Below, piece by piece: positions 27,523 through 41,919 of a stretch of DNA of 64,000 nucleotides. Position 1 is the first letter of the stretch, and each line of letters starts with the position of its first letter. The translations under genes and the position numbers were made by a program. Origin of the DNA: Eledone cirrhosa (taxonomy: Eukaryota); the NCBI GenBank assembly GCA_964016885.1, contig OZ024758.1:16678001-16742000 (forward strand), written 5' to 3'. The notes beneath the pieces were generated by a model that was not told the origin of the DNA, did no database searches, and worked only from the letters and a program-made list of their open reading frames with translations.

Positions 27523-27934
27523 ACAGATAATATAATAGAATAGTCTAATAATTAAAGAGGCATTGAGAAAGAAGTACATATTCAAGCGTGTACAATCCAT
27601 TACTATAACTGACTAAAAACATTCAATACAAACATTAACTAAAACATAACTTAACATATGTAATGGATTGGAAATCAGTGTAACTTTCATATTCTACACG
27701 CATACAAATTTGAACTATACAGAAACTATCATCGCTTTACTTCCTCCATAATACACTAACATATTCGCTTAAAGTGCTTGTATTTTATGTAATACCTTGC
27801 CATACAGTACTCATATATGCCTAATACATTTTCTTGTTTCCTTGACTAACGCATGTACAATCTCTACACGCTAGAATATGTATTTCTTTCTCAATGCCTC
27901 TTTAATTATTAGACTATTTTATTGTATTATCTGT
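27523..27934. repeat. Older fold-back (~68-bp inverted arms, ~275-nt spacer); no hammerhead core found
   Basis: tagtctaataattaaagaggcattgagaaagaa / ttctttctcaatgcctctttaattattagacta. Confidence 0.7.
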
Positions 27935-29063
27935 ATATATAGGAGTGTGTGTGCTTGTGTTTATGGGTGTGTGTAAATATATGACAGTACCACCATCTTT
28001 GTAGCTGTACATCAATCTTCTATTATCACACTATCTTTATCTATGTATCGTCTGCTTCTTCCATTAGTTATCTTTCCTTCAAATTCCATTTTGTCTTCAT
28101 TCTGACCCTTTCCCATTTCAGTCTTTCAATACACCCCACTCCTTACCAAATATACACACACACACATATATTCCAGCTATACACACTCATATATATTCTA
28201 GCTATACACGCACGTCTGATTTTATTATATATTTCATAACAAAAGCACGGCGGCGAATGTATTCATAACCGGGAAGCCATAAAACTAAATCTTTTACAAT
28301 ATTTAGTTTCATGCATTTCGGTTATTGGTTCAAATTCTTCTGGGGTCAACTTACTTTTTATTCATCGTCAGCCAAGAAAAAGCCGTAAATAGTATGTAAC
28401 ATGTTTCGATAGAAACAAATTCATGCACCAATACACGATATACTTAAAAATAAATTTGTTTTATATCTTCCGATTTCACTGTTGGAGATAAAGTATTTTG
28501 TCTCAGTGTGTATTTTACTTACACGATCAACTAACTGTGAATTCAAACCAAATCTTTTGGCTGATTCTCTCACACAATGGAAATATTTGGCACATTTACA
28601 ACTGGCGTTCAGTCTCAGAATAAGCCAATGTCCCATTATAATAAAAAGGGCAATTCCAAATGATTTCAGAATTTAGCAATTCAAAACAGAAATATATAAC
28701 TCGGGGAAGAATTTATAAAAGTAATATCATTTGTATTATCTACATAAAGGGTTCCGAAACTTATGATGAATTCGTTGTAGTATCAATAGAATAACTCAGC
28801 AATCTATTAGACAGCAAAAGAAATAAGTGCTGTCTCTTATGTATTGAAATCTTGCAATGATTTAATTAATTCAGTGAAGTGTGTCAACATTATGGAACAT
28901 AGAATTGCTCATCAAAGACATTGCATTTCATATCTGCCCACATTATTTAGATTACTTTAGTTGAAGATGAAAATAGTCTAAACTACACCGGTGAGGCATT
29001 CTTGTTGGATGATTAAATGGTCCTGACAGTATGAATCAAGGCTCTATTTGTATTCGTAAAGAG

Positions 29064-29098
<35 letters not shown>

Positions 29099-30292
29099 GT
29101 AGTAATGTTAGTAATAATAATAATAATAGTAATAATGATTCTGCTTTAGATTTCTATGGACATAATATATAAGTGTTAAAATCTATATGTAATACACAAA
29201 GAACCACAAAAATTGCCTTTGTCAGCCTATTGTTGCACATTGTATTTGGGCCATTAAACCGTAGTATATTATTATTCCAAATGTGTTATTGGAAAACTCA
29301 TTAATATTATTATTTTTCTTATTGTTGTTGGTGGTGGTGGTGTGGCGGTGGTGGTGTAGGTGGTCGTGTCGGGGTGGTCGTGTGTGTGGGGGGGGGGGGG
29401 GTGATGGTGGTGCTATTATTGTTGCTGTTGATGCTCTTGTTACCTTAAATGCAAAGTGAACCATAAAAATTATTTTAAATTGAATTTACGTTGTAACAAG
29501 AATAGAAGCTCTACCAATGTTAGAATCTACATATAGAAAAGTGTGTCGTTAGAATATATCAAAATTAATAAATCATCATTGATTATATTAAATAGTTTCA
29601 GTATTTAAGTGAGTAGATATATAGACATTAAACAACAGTGGTATTAGTATTTCTAAATTTTATACGAACTGCTTGCTTTGTTAATCAATATGATTAACGC
29701 AATAAAAGAATTCCATTGAATTAGTACCACAGACAGTTCTAGATTTGTTAAGAATATCATAATATAGTCTCGGCATATATGATAACTGCTCCGTGACAAC
29801 ATGTATAACTAAGTTTTTATGTGAAAAATTTGAAGTCTTTATTAAATTCTCAATCCTATTCTCTCCTAAAAAATCGTGTCTCTAAGCCAAATAACTCAGC
29901 ATTTATATTCTTGTCGATGACACAACAGACTCCTGTCATCTCAATAAAATATCAGCACATCTCATTATCTTTAAGCATAAATAGCATGCAGTTTTAAGTA
30001 CGATAGTCGGCTGGTATTTGATATGAACTGCTTGCTTTGCATAATTATTTTCAATGTGATTAATGTAATAGCAGAGTTTCTTACTGACAAAAAAAAACAA
30101 CTACTGTATCAAATATGTTTATCTATTTCGAGACGATGAGGTGAAATTTGAAGGAAACCCCTCTGCCATTTGTACAAATCAAGTCTGATTACATTGAAGT
30201 TTCTCGGGAGAGATATACAGCCGTCTAACATGACTAAACATGTACAATCTTGTCACTCCTTGTCACATATTGTTTTAACTTAAATTTTTTTT

Positions 30293-30660
30293 TGGCAGTA
30301 TCGGTTGAGGGTCGGACGTCATACTTTGACGCATAGAGTTACGGCCCTTTACATTCTGAGTTCAAATCCCGCCGAGGTCAACTTTGCCTTTCATCCTTAC
30401 GGGGTCGATAAAATAAAGTACCAGTAATGTACTGGGTAATTGCTGGCCTTGTGCCGAAAGTAGAAACAATTATTTTTTGTTTTAATAATATAATATATAA
30501 TACCATTAATTATAATATATAATAATTGTTTCTACTTTTTGGCACAAGACCAGCAACTACCCAGTGCATTACTGGTACTTTATTTTATCGACCCCGTAAG
30601 GATGAAAGGCAAAGTTAACCTCGGCGGGATTTGAACTTAGAATGGAAAGGGCCGTAACTC
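30293..30660. mobile_element. Two SINE family A copies, tail-to-tail (30293-30472 plus; 30524-30660 minus)
   Basis: A-box-like tggcagtatcgg, B-box gagttcaaatccc, shared core and tail. Confidence 0.88.
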
Positions 30661-30661
30661 A

Positions 30662-30698
<37 letters not shown>

Positions 30699-31342
30699 TA
30701 ATTTTCTATTTCAGATGGTTGACACGAACTCCTGCAATTTGGAAGAGAGGCTGATTGCAAGTGTATGGACACATGATCGTTTGCATTCTGGCAAGAGCAT
30801 GGAGGATGTGCGATATCATTTCACTGCAAGATTGGGCAAACCTGCTCCTCCGAAGAGGAAGACACTGCGATGGTAACATAAACTGTTTCTCATTACTTTT
30901 TGATAGTGGGTGACAAGACTTTCGGACCACCCTGTATAAGAACTACGTTTTTATGTGAAAATTTGAAGCAATTATTAAATTTTCAATCCAATTCTTTTAC
31001 CTCAAATCGTATCTCTAAACAAACATCATAACGATCCCAGTTAAATAATTCAGCTTTTGTATTCCGGACGTTGTCAGTACATATTTCTATCATCTCAAGA
31101 AAACAACAGAAGATTTCATCCTTAAGCATAAATATCACACATACTTTGCCCTCGCAATCGCACTTAATATAATGTAATACAATCACAAAAGATCTCGTTT
31201 GAAAAAGATACATGCTCAATATAGCTAGAACCATATCCTAGCGTCTGGCCATTGTCTTCAGGGCCTGAAAATGTTCAGCTCGCAACAAATAAACGGACTC
31301 TACAAACCAACAATGGTGTATTGCTCCCATATCAACCAGAAC

Positions 31343-31673
31343 ATCAACGTTAGATATATCTCCGGTCTCGGATGGCCTCCATACGTCAGGAAAACTCTTC
31401 TCCTTCAGACAGACCAAGTAAAAACGATATTATCCTTACTGAAAGTTTAGATTCTCAACGGTTTATATCTCCGGTCTCGGAGGGCCTCCAAAAGCTATGG
31501 AAACTCTTTTCCTTCAGACAGAATAAGTAAAAACGATATTTTCATTAGTGAAAGTTTAGATTCTCAACGGTGTATATCTCCGGTCTCGGAGGGCCGGAAG
31601 ATTCCATGGAAACTCTTTTCCTTCAGACAGAACAAGTTAGAACGATATTGTCCTCAGTGAAAGTTTAGATTCT
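31343..31673. repeat. ~109-bp tandem repeat, three copies
   Basis: atatctccggtctcgga...ccttcagacaga...tgaaagtttagattctc recurs at ~31356, 31465 and 31574. Confidence 0.85.
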
Positions 31674-32879
31674 CCGAATGTCTTTTATGTTGTTCTAACA
31701 ATTATGAAAAGTAGATCTGTCGACGAGAGGAATACTGACATAGAAAAGATAGAAATAATTTATAAGAATTCCATTGTAACTGGCAGTAACTCTATCGTTA
31801 TTTACTCTTGTATAAAGAAATATAGTGATATACAGCATCAAGAAGGAACTGGGAATGGTAATAGCTTCCGATAACTTGAAACTACATAAAGATAAAATCT
31901 CAAGTTGATTTAATTTTGATTTTCGTTTACTCTTCAAAATAAAAAAGAAAGAAATATTCAAATAATAGAAACAGGATACCATCTAGTTGGAGAAAATAAA
32001 GGAACTAATACTACAGACATTTGATCGGATAGTAGAAGTAATCAAATTTCTCAAATTACACATTAGTGTTAAAACAAAAAATCCTATATTACATTATTTA
32101 GTATCATATAAACTACGTCTGTGATGACAGGAACTGTCACAGCTAGAATATATTTGATAAAAGGTCTGCAATAAGCAAAGATGATTCGAGAATCAACAAC
32201 TGCAGAAGCAACAAGGTTTAATAGTAAAATATTATTCTGTTTCAGTTTGATTTGGAGCTTAAATACGAAACTAAACAAAGGTAACGTGTTTGGCAATTGT
32301 ATGTAATAGATGTAATATTGCGAGAAATATTTATTAAGTGAAGAATTTTGAATTTTTGACGCTAGCTTATATGTGTAGAACATATATGTGTATATATTTG
32401 CTTTCATCTTGATTAGAACGCTGATGAATTCTATAAACAAGTTGCACTCAATAAAGACACATTTCAACAGATGCATTCGTTTATAGGTTAAAAAAAAACC
32501 CTAACAAACCCAAGCCCAAATTTTGAGAATAATAAAAGGGAACTCAACAGTAATTGACAAGAAAGAAACATCTTTAAATGTAGGGCATAGGGAGACTTTA
32601 TTTTAAGTATGATAACTTTAGCGAACATATGTTCAGTAATGAACAAATTCGTAGATAAATATCTAACAGCAGGCACGAAATTGATTGTGACAGTAGAGAA
32701 TTTGATGCCTAACTCCTAAGATAAAGTATATAAATTCTACAGGCGAAATATACTAAGTATATGCCTCTAATATAATAACAGAAAATGTTTATTTCAACAA
32801 ACAAGAAATTTTAGGGTTCTTTCAGTCATAAAAAGGAATCCATTTATAACATGTTATCTCGGACACGATGCAATAGGTT

Positions 32880-33890
32880 TACAAAACACACACACACACA
32901 CACGTACATACACAAACGCAATCACGAAACTGGCAAACACACACATACACAGACCTAACCACAAAACTGGCAAATACACACGCACACACACCCACACAAA
33001 CTGACACACAAGCACAAAACTGGCAAACACACACACATACTTACACATACACAAAATCAATCCTAAAACTGGCACACACACACATACACAAACGCAATCA
33101 CGAAATTGGCTAATACACACGCACATATACACGCACACAAGCATACACAAACGCAACCAAACTGACAAACACACACACACAAACACACACATAAAAGCAA
33201 TTCCAAAACTGGCAAGCACACACAAACTCAAGCGCAATCATCATAAAACTAGCAAACACACACGCACACATACTCACACAAGCATACACAAACAGTCAGA
33301 CTGGCAAACACACGCTCACACACACACAAACTGACACATAAGCATACGCAATCACAAAATGGAAAACACAGGCACACACAGTCAGACTGGCAAACACATA
33401 CGCACTCTCAAACTGACACACACGCACACATACATACACAAACACACTGGCAAATATACACACGATCACACAAACTGACACACACGCACACATACGTAAA
33501 CACAAACACACACAAGCATACACAAACGCAATCACACTGGCAGATATACACACGACCACACAAACTGACACACACGCACACATACGTAAACACAAACACA
33601 CACAAGCACACAAACGCAATCACACTGTCAAATATACGCACGATCACACAAACTGACACACACGCACACATACATACACACAAACAGACACAAGCATACG
33701 ACCACACAAACTGACACACACGCACACATATGTAAACACAAACACACACAAGCACACAAACGCAATCACACTGTCAAATATACGCACGATCACACAAACT
33801 GACACACACGCACACATACATACACACAAACAGACACAAGCATACACAAACGCAATCACACTGTAAAATATACAAACAATCACACACACA
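32880..33890. repeat. Degenerate CA-rich satellite (cacaaactgacacacacgcacacatac units)
   Basis: Direct inspection. Confidence 0.85.
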
Positions 33891-34279
33891 CTTCGACTTA
33901 CAAGTTTGATCTATGTAGTAGAGTTTACTCATACTAAAATACGTATATGGTGCCGTTTATTCGCTTTCGACATTTATATAAAATTTTCACAGTGAAGCTT
34001 ATAAACTGTAGATGAACTTGCATTAAACTTGCTTTATGCCCACTCACGACACACACTCACACACGCGTATATAAAATCTATATATGAATGTATGTATGGT
34101 GCACGCGCATGTGTGTACAGTGAAATGTATATAGTTGTAAAGCTTAATGGATATACAAGGGGATGATCATTAAACCGTGTACATTATATATATATATATA
34201 TATATACAAATAAATATATATATATATATACAAATAAATATATATATATACAAATAAATATATATACACACACATATAC

Positions 34280-34314
<35 letters not shown>

Positions 34315-34491
34315 TATACACATATATATACACATATACATGCCTATACACAGACATATTTATTTATACATGTATATATATATCTATGCCTATACACAGA
34401 CATTTATCATGTATATATATATACACATGCCTATACACACACACACACATCCATAAATATATATACATGCCAAAACACACAGACATATGTA

Positions 34492-34523
<32 letters not shown>

Positions 34524-34676
34524 CTCGTTTACTCTTTTACCTGTTTCAGCCATCCGGCTGAGGCCATGCTGTATATATATATATACACACACACACACAT
34601 ATATATATACATGCCAATACACACAGACATATATATGCATGAATATATATATATATATATATATATACACATGCCT

Positions 34677-34712
<36 letters not shown>

Positions 34713-35030
34713 CCACTTGGTTGGCGATAATCAAGAAGCAAGCGTATTTTAACTTCATGTGTGTTTTAACTTCATGTGTGTTTTTAAATTGAATAAAACT
34801 CGAAAGCCTACAAGGCCAGAAATATTCTTTCTATTTCACTTAGCTCCCGCTGTTTTTTCCCTTTTAAACTTCCTAAACCACTTCACACATTCCCAACCTC
34901 TCCTATCTCTTTAAAAAACTTAGGGCTCCTGCATTCCTCAGTCGCTACGTCGTTCTTTAACACATTTTTCGGATTAAATTATATGTTTATTCGCGGGTCA
35001 ATCCTGACTGAGCAGACAAGGGTAACTGCT

Positions 35031-36352
35031 TTCAGTCTACAATAATTGTTTCTACTTTTGGCACAAGGCCAGCAATTATCTCAGTGCATTACTGGTACTT
35101 TCATTTATCGACCCCGTAAGGATGAAAGGCAAAGTTAACCTCGGCGGGATTTGAACTCAGATTATAAAGGGCCGTAACTCTATGCTACAAAGCATGGTGT
35201 CCGACTCTCTGCCAATACTGCCAATTCACCGTCTTCGGTCTACAATAATTGTTTCTACTTTAGGGACAAGGCCAGCAATTACCCAGTTCATTACTGGTAC
35301 TTTATTTTATCGACCCCGTAAGGATGAAAGGCAAAGTTAACCTCGGCGGGATTTGAACTCAGATCATAAAGGGCCGTAACTCTATGCTACAAAGCATGGT
35401 GTCCGACTCTCTGCCAATACTGCCAATTCACCGTCTTCAGTCTACAATAATTGTTTCTACTTTAGGCACAAGGCCAGCAATTAACCAGTTCATTACTGGT
35501 ACTTTATTTTATCGACCCCGTAAGGATGAAAAGCAAAGTTAACCTCGGCGGGATTTGAATCCAGATCATAAAGGGCCGTAACTCTATGCTACAAACATGG
35601 TGTCCGAACCTCTACCGATACTGCCAATTCACCGCCCTTGAATGATAGAAATAATTGTTTCTACTTTAGGCACAAGGCCAGCAAATACCCAGTTCATTAC
35701 TGGTACTTTATTTTATCGACCCCGTAAGGATGAAAGGCAAAGTTAACCTCGGCGGGATTTGAACTCAGATCGTAAAGGGACGTAACTATGCAGGAAAGCC
35801 TTTCATCCCTACGGGGTCGATAAAATAAAGTACCAGTAATACACTGGGTTAATTGCTGGCCTTGTGCCAAAAGTAGAAACAATTATATTTAGTAGGATTG
35901 GCAGTATTGGTAGAGGGTCGGACGCCATGCTTTGACGCATAGAGTTACGGCCCTTGCCATTCTGAGTTCAAATCCCGCCGAGGTTAACTTTGCCTTTCAT
36001 CCTTACGGGGTCGATAAAATAAAGTACCAGTAATGTACTGGGTAATTGCTGGCCTTGTGCCAAAAGTAGAAACAATTGTATTTAGTATCCTTATCCATGA
36101 TACAAGTTTTTTAAAGATCTTTCCCGAAAGAATTAACTGATTACCTAATACCAAAGAAAAGATGAATACCTTATTTACCAATAATAATTGTTTCTACTTT
36201 TGGCACAAGGCCAGCAATTATCCCAGTGCATGACTGGTACTTTATTTTATCGACCCAAGAAAGATGAAAGTCAAAGCTAACGTCGCCGGGATTTGAACTC
36301 AGAACGTAAAGCATGGTGTCAGACCCTCTACCGATGCTGCCAATCCATCGCT
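35031..36352. mobile_element. Cluster of seven SINE family A copies: four head-to-tail minus copies (~203-bp period), two plus copies, one minus copy
   Basis: The spacer ttcrgtctacaataattg is repeated with the unit at 35031, 35235 and 35436. Confidence 0.9.
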
Positions 36353-36389
36353 CTCAATAATAATAATTGAATAATAAACAATAATAATA

Positions 36390-36710
36390 AATAAGAAATA
36401 TAAATGCATAAAATAAAATAATAAAATAGAATTAAATAAAATAAAATTAATTTAAATAAAAATTAAATTAAAAATAAAATAACATTAAATTAAATTAAAT
36501 AAAAAAAAAAAAAATAAAAAAAAATAAAATAAAATAAAATGAAATGAAATGAAATAAAATAAAATAAAATGAAATAAAATGAAATAAAATGAAATGAAAT
36601 AACATGAAATAAAATGAAATAAAATGAAATGAAATGAAATAAAATGAAATAAAATGTAATAAAATGAAATAAAATAAAATAAAATAAAATGAAATAAAAT
36701 AAAGAAAAAC
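36390..36710. repeat. (AAAAT/GAAAT)n pentanucleotide repeat
   Basis: Direct inspection. Confidence 0.9.
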
Positions 36711-37229
36711 ATTTAATATAAAAAAAAATAAAAGCCAGGGGGCGATCAGAATTAAGAAAGTTTGTTCTAGTATCGAAGAAGAGACAAAAGAAATATTCTC
36801 TGATTGGGTAAAATAATCGTTATAAAATACCTTTTCCTCTGGGGAGTAACTACACACTTAATATCATATTTCGAAAGAGCTGAGGCAGATAGAATCATAT
36901 GACTTGTTTACACATACAATAAAATACAAGTGGGATATTTTGTTTGTGTGGTGAGGATGGTAGGGGTTGTTAGGTGCGGCAGGGGTGATGTGGAGATATG
37001 TGAGTGGGGTGAGGCTGCTGGGGTTGTGATGTGGAGGGCGAGGGGTGGGGGTGGGTGGTTTCACTCCAAGTTGTATTAATTACTATTTATCATCATATCT
37101 GTCTCTAACACTTATTTGCTTTTCCTATTTGATCCGAAATGAAAAAGTAAAAAGAAGAATCTAGAAAATACAGAAGAAAATATAAGAACAATCTGTTTAT
37201 ATTGTATTATATCAGATTACAGTTTATGT

Positions 37230-37710
37230 CAATGTTGTCGGTGGTAGTGGTTGATGATGAAGTGGTGGTGGTAGTGGCTGATGTGGTGGTGATAGTGGCT
37301 GATGTGGTGGCGGTAGTGGCTGATGTGGTGGTGATGGTGGTGGTTTATGTCGTGGTGGTTATGTAGATGATGTCGGTGGTAGTGGTGGTTGAAGTGGTGG
37401 TTGTGGTAGAGGTGGTTGGTGGTAGTTGTTGATGTAGGGGTGGTTGTGGTAGAGGTGGTGGTGGTTATATAGATGATGTTGGTGGTAGAGGTGGTTGTGG
37501 TGGTAGTGGTGGTGGTGGTTCATGTAGTGGTGGAGGTGGTAGTGGTTGATGTAGCGGTGGTGGTGGTAGTGGTTGATGTAGTGACTGATGTAGTGGTGGT
37601 AGTAGAGGTGGTTATATAGATGATGGTGGTAGAGGTGGTAGTGGTTGAAGTAGTGGTGATTGTGGTAGAGGTGGTTGTGGCGGTAGTGGTTGAAGTAGTG
37701 GTTTATGTAC
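37230..37710. repeat. Degenerate (GGT/AGT)n repeat
   Basis: Direct inspection. Confidence 0.85.
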
Positions 37711-37955
37711 TGGTTGTTTATGATTATGGAGATGATGTTGATTTAGAGTCTGATATGCCAACGTAAACATGAATAATTAACATAAGAGGCCTGACTTTTG
37801 TTACTTGAAACTTATTACTTCCAACATCAATTATCTTGTTTGCTTTGCATCCATTTCTGTATACATATACATACATACATACATAAATACATACATATAG
37901 ATACATATATATATATATACGTACATATATATATATACATATATATATATACACA

Positions 37956-38013
<58 letters not shown>

Positions 38014-38070
38014 TATATATATACACATATATATATATATATACATATATATATACATATATATATACAC

Positions 38071-38159
<89 letters not shown>

Positions 38160-38742
38160 CATACATATATGGTGGCTGCCAACTCGTTTTCGAGTACGGC
38201 CACTACTTTATATCCATGTCGGAGAACTCCTACCGATGCGCTGAACGAGTGTGACTTTTTAGTCCAGCCAGCGACTTGAAAACTCTGGTACAAACTCTAC
38301 ACTTGTGACAATTATTGACACATAGTGCTGGGCCCATGGTACCATGTGACGACAAGTGCAGAGAGATCTCCAGATATAAAGCAATGCCTGTGCCGTGAAG
38401 CTTTTATAGTGAGCAAAGGAACTGCACAAAGCCAGTCCCACTCTCTTAATCAAGATGATATTTACCAAAAATAAGAACATATATACATACATACATCATA
38501 TATACATATACATATATATATATACATACATATATATATGCATACATACATATATACATACATACATATATACATACATACATATATATATACATACATA
38601 TATATATACATACATATATATATACATACATATATATATACATACATATATATATACATACATATATATATACATACATATATATATACATACATATATA
38701 TATACATACATATATATATACATACATATATATATACATACA

Positions 38743-38818
<76 letters not shown>

Positions 38819-38843
38819 CATATATATACATACATACATATAC

Positions 38844-38888
<45 letters not shown>

Positions 38889-38889
38889 C

Positions 38890-38948
<59 letters not shown>

Positions 38949-38999
38949 CATATACATACATACATATATATACATACATACATATATATACATACACAC

Positions 39000-39030
<31 letters not shown>

Positions 39031-39385
39031 CATATATATACATACATACATACATATACATACATACATATATATACATACATACACATACATACACATA
39101 CATACATACATATACATACATACATATACATATACATACATATCTATATATATGCATATCTATATATATACATACATTCACATATATACATATACATACA
39201 TATACGTACATATATATATATATACATATGTGTGTGTATATATATATATGTATAAATAATATATGAGTGTGAGGGTGTGCGTCTGTGTGTGTATATATAA
39301 ATATATATATATATATCTACGTATGCATGTGTGGATTTATGTGTTTATATATATATATGTCTATGTATGTATATATATGTGTGTG

Positions 39386-39432
<47 letters not shown>

Positions 39433-39595
39433 CATGTGTGTGTATGTGTATGTATGTATGTGTATGTATATGTATGCATGTGTAGATGTATGTAGGCAAA
39501 TATGTGAGTGTGTATGTGTGTATTTGTATGGAAGTGGATGTCTGAGTATGTGTGAGATAAAGAGATATAATGTGTGAGTAGATGGATGTGGTTAG

Positions 39596-39635
<40 letters not shown>

Positions 39636-39760
39636 TAAATATTTACACATACACCAATTAAACAAAGTCGCAGGTATATATCTGTTTTGGCAAATTTTCA
39701 CGATGTGGTTTAATCCTGGTATGTATATAAGCATTTCTAACATTAATTTTTACCTAATTA

Positions 39761-39950
39761 TGGGCGGTGGATTGGCAGTATCGGTAGAGGGTCGGACGCC
39801 ATGATTTCCAGCATAGTTACGTCCTTTTACGATCTGAGTTCAAATCCCGCCGAGGTTGACTTTGCCTTTCATCCTTACGGGGTCGATAAAATAAAGTACC
39901 AGTAATGCACTGGGTAATTGCTGGCCTTGTGCCTAAAGTAGAAACAATTA
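39761..39950 (+). mobile_element. Full-length SINE family A (~190 bp, tRNA-derived head)
   Basis: gggcggtggattggcagtatcggtagag head, GAGTTCAAATCCC B box, gcctttcatccttacggggtcgataaaataaagtaccag central domain. Confidence 0.9.
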
Positions 39951-40208
39951 ATTTTTACCTAATTATGTATGGTTGACCGTATATTTAATTAATTTCTACG
40001 TGCTGTTGAAATGTTGGGTAAATATTCTATAGTGGTTGCACGCGAAGACGCCGCAATACCGTATTTATTTGCTGTTTTTTTTTCATAGATACCTTTTATT
40101 CTTATAGCCTGGTCTAATTGATTTTTTGTGTGGTTAATTATGCTGATTGGGAGTAGAGATGATGTATATATATTATCAAATAATTCTCTGGACATGCTTT
40201 ACTCTATA

Positions 40209-40252
<44 letters not shown>

Positions 40253-40258
<6 letters not shown>

Positions 40259-40650
40259 CTTCCAACCATCATTGGTATTTCATCGCTTTAAAGACCATAT
40301 ACCTCCGGTTGGTGCGAGCAACGGCAAAAAATAAAATCGTTGGGACACGTAAATAAAGGGGACACGAGTGTAAACAAACAAAGATGGTGAAGCAACGAAA
40401 AATGAGGTTTGATGGTCTTTATTCTCTCTCGTTCACGATTTCACCGAATTTAAATTCATAGAAATTTGGGACTTGACTCGTTCTTCCTCACTTTTCGTTG
40501 CTTCACCATCTTTGTATGTTTACACTCGTGTCCCCTTTATTTACGTGTCCCAACGACCTTTTTTAGCCGTTGCTCGCACCAACCGGAGGTATATGGTCTT
40601 TAAAGCGATGAAATACCAATGATCGTTGGAAGATCACTGATGAAGGACTA
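40253..40650. mobile_element. Fold-back mini-element (~155-bp arms 40253-40408 / 40486-40638) ending in a half hammerhead core
   Basis: Clear inverted repeat. The right arm runs into gatca CTGATGA aggac (40637-40643) with no GAAA partner. Confidence 0.82.
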
Positions 40651-40761
40651 ACTTTATTCATATGTAACCCATTAGCAACCACGCAGCACGTTTATTCTTA
40701 TGTGTATATATATATATATATGTTTATGTATGTGGGTATGTGAGAGTATGAGTTTGGTAGG

Positions 40762-40797
<36 letters not shown>

Positions 40798-40999
40798 AAT
40801 GGTTATATAAATACACGTAAACATGTATAAATATACACATACGTAAACACACGTAAAATCTGTGCAGTGGTTATTTTGAAAGACATTCTAACCACATGCC
40901 ATAGTCTCTAGAGAAGTAGCGACAATACCTGGAGCAAATATCTGTTCCCCGAGCCACTCATTCTATCGAGTAGCGTTACTCCATGTCTGCACAATTTTA

Positions 41000-41220
41000 C
41001 TAATAATTATTTCTACTTTTGGCCCCAGGGAAGTGTATTACTGGTACTTTATTTCATCGACCCTGTGAGGATAACAAGCAAAGTTAACCTCGGCGGGATT
41101 TGAACTCAGAATGGCAAGGGCCATAACTCTATGCTGCAAAGCATGGTGTTTGACGCTCTACCGATACTGCCAATCGACCAATAATAAATATTTCTACTTA
41201 AGGCACAAGGCCAGCAATTT
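41000..41220 (-). mobile_element. SINE family A copy plus tail fragment
   Basis: Consensus match. Confidence 0.8.
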
Positions 41221-41550
41221 GCTAGTAGTGGGATATGTTAGTAACTGGTTCAGTACAAATCTTGAGAAGCTGGGCTTCACAGAAACAGAAAGAACACGAC
41301 TAGTTAGGAAATTACAAGTACAAAATATCCACATCCACACATGAAATAACATCCATACCTAAACATGCCTGCATGCATGCATGCATGCAGAGATGCATAA
41401 CTATCTACCTAGTTGATGTGTAAATTTCAATAAGATAATCTTGTATCTATGTTATAAACCGACTCTCTATTTGTAAACATTTGTGAAATTATAAAACCAG
41501 AAGAACATACATACATACATACATACATACATACATACATACATAGAGAG

Positions 41551-41830
41551 GAGAAATCTGCAGATACTCCACCCTGATTATACCTTCAGATTTATGCCTG
41601 AGATTATTGGGGCATTCGGATATGTTAGTAACTACCTCATTTCCAACATTGAGCACAAGGCCAGCAATTTGCTAGTAGTGGGATATGTTAGTAACTGGTT
41701 CAGTACAAATCTTGAGAAGCTAGGCTTCACAGAAACAGAAAGAACACAACTAGTTAGAAAATTACAAGTACAATCCATTAATGGAACAGTAAAAATATGT
41801 AAAACATTACAAAATTTGGCATCAAATAAC
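41551..41830 (+). mobile_element. 3' fragment of an RLE-type (R4/NeSL/R2-like) non-LTR retrotransposon; partial duplicate at 41204-41325
   Basis: RNLQILHPDYTFRFMPEIIGAFG...LEKLGF...LVRKLQVQSINGTVKICKT matches the P.IIGALG...L..LG...LQ.....GT..I C-terminal signature. Confidence 0.7.
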
Positions 41831-41919
41831 TGCATATACACATGTACAGATACAAAGCATATACACATGCACACATACAACTCAAAACATCCACATCCAC
41901 ACATACAATAACATCCATA

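Noticed and set aside
28421-28676. Short ORFs with a GTAAGT donor-like site on the minus strand
   Set aside because: No acceptor and no recognisable protein similarity.
30715-30936. Possible Tc1/mariner end (TAcagggtggtccgaaagtc on the minus strand)
   Set aside because: Only one TIR-like end and no recognisable transposase peptide.
39761-39850. tRNA gene
   Set aside because: The A/B boxes belong to the multi-copy SINE head; no cloverleaf.
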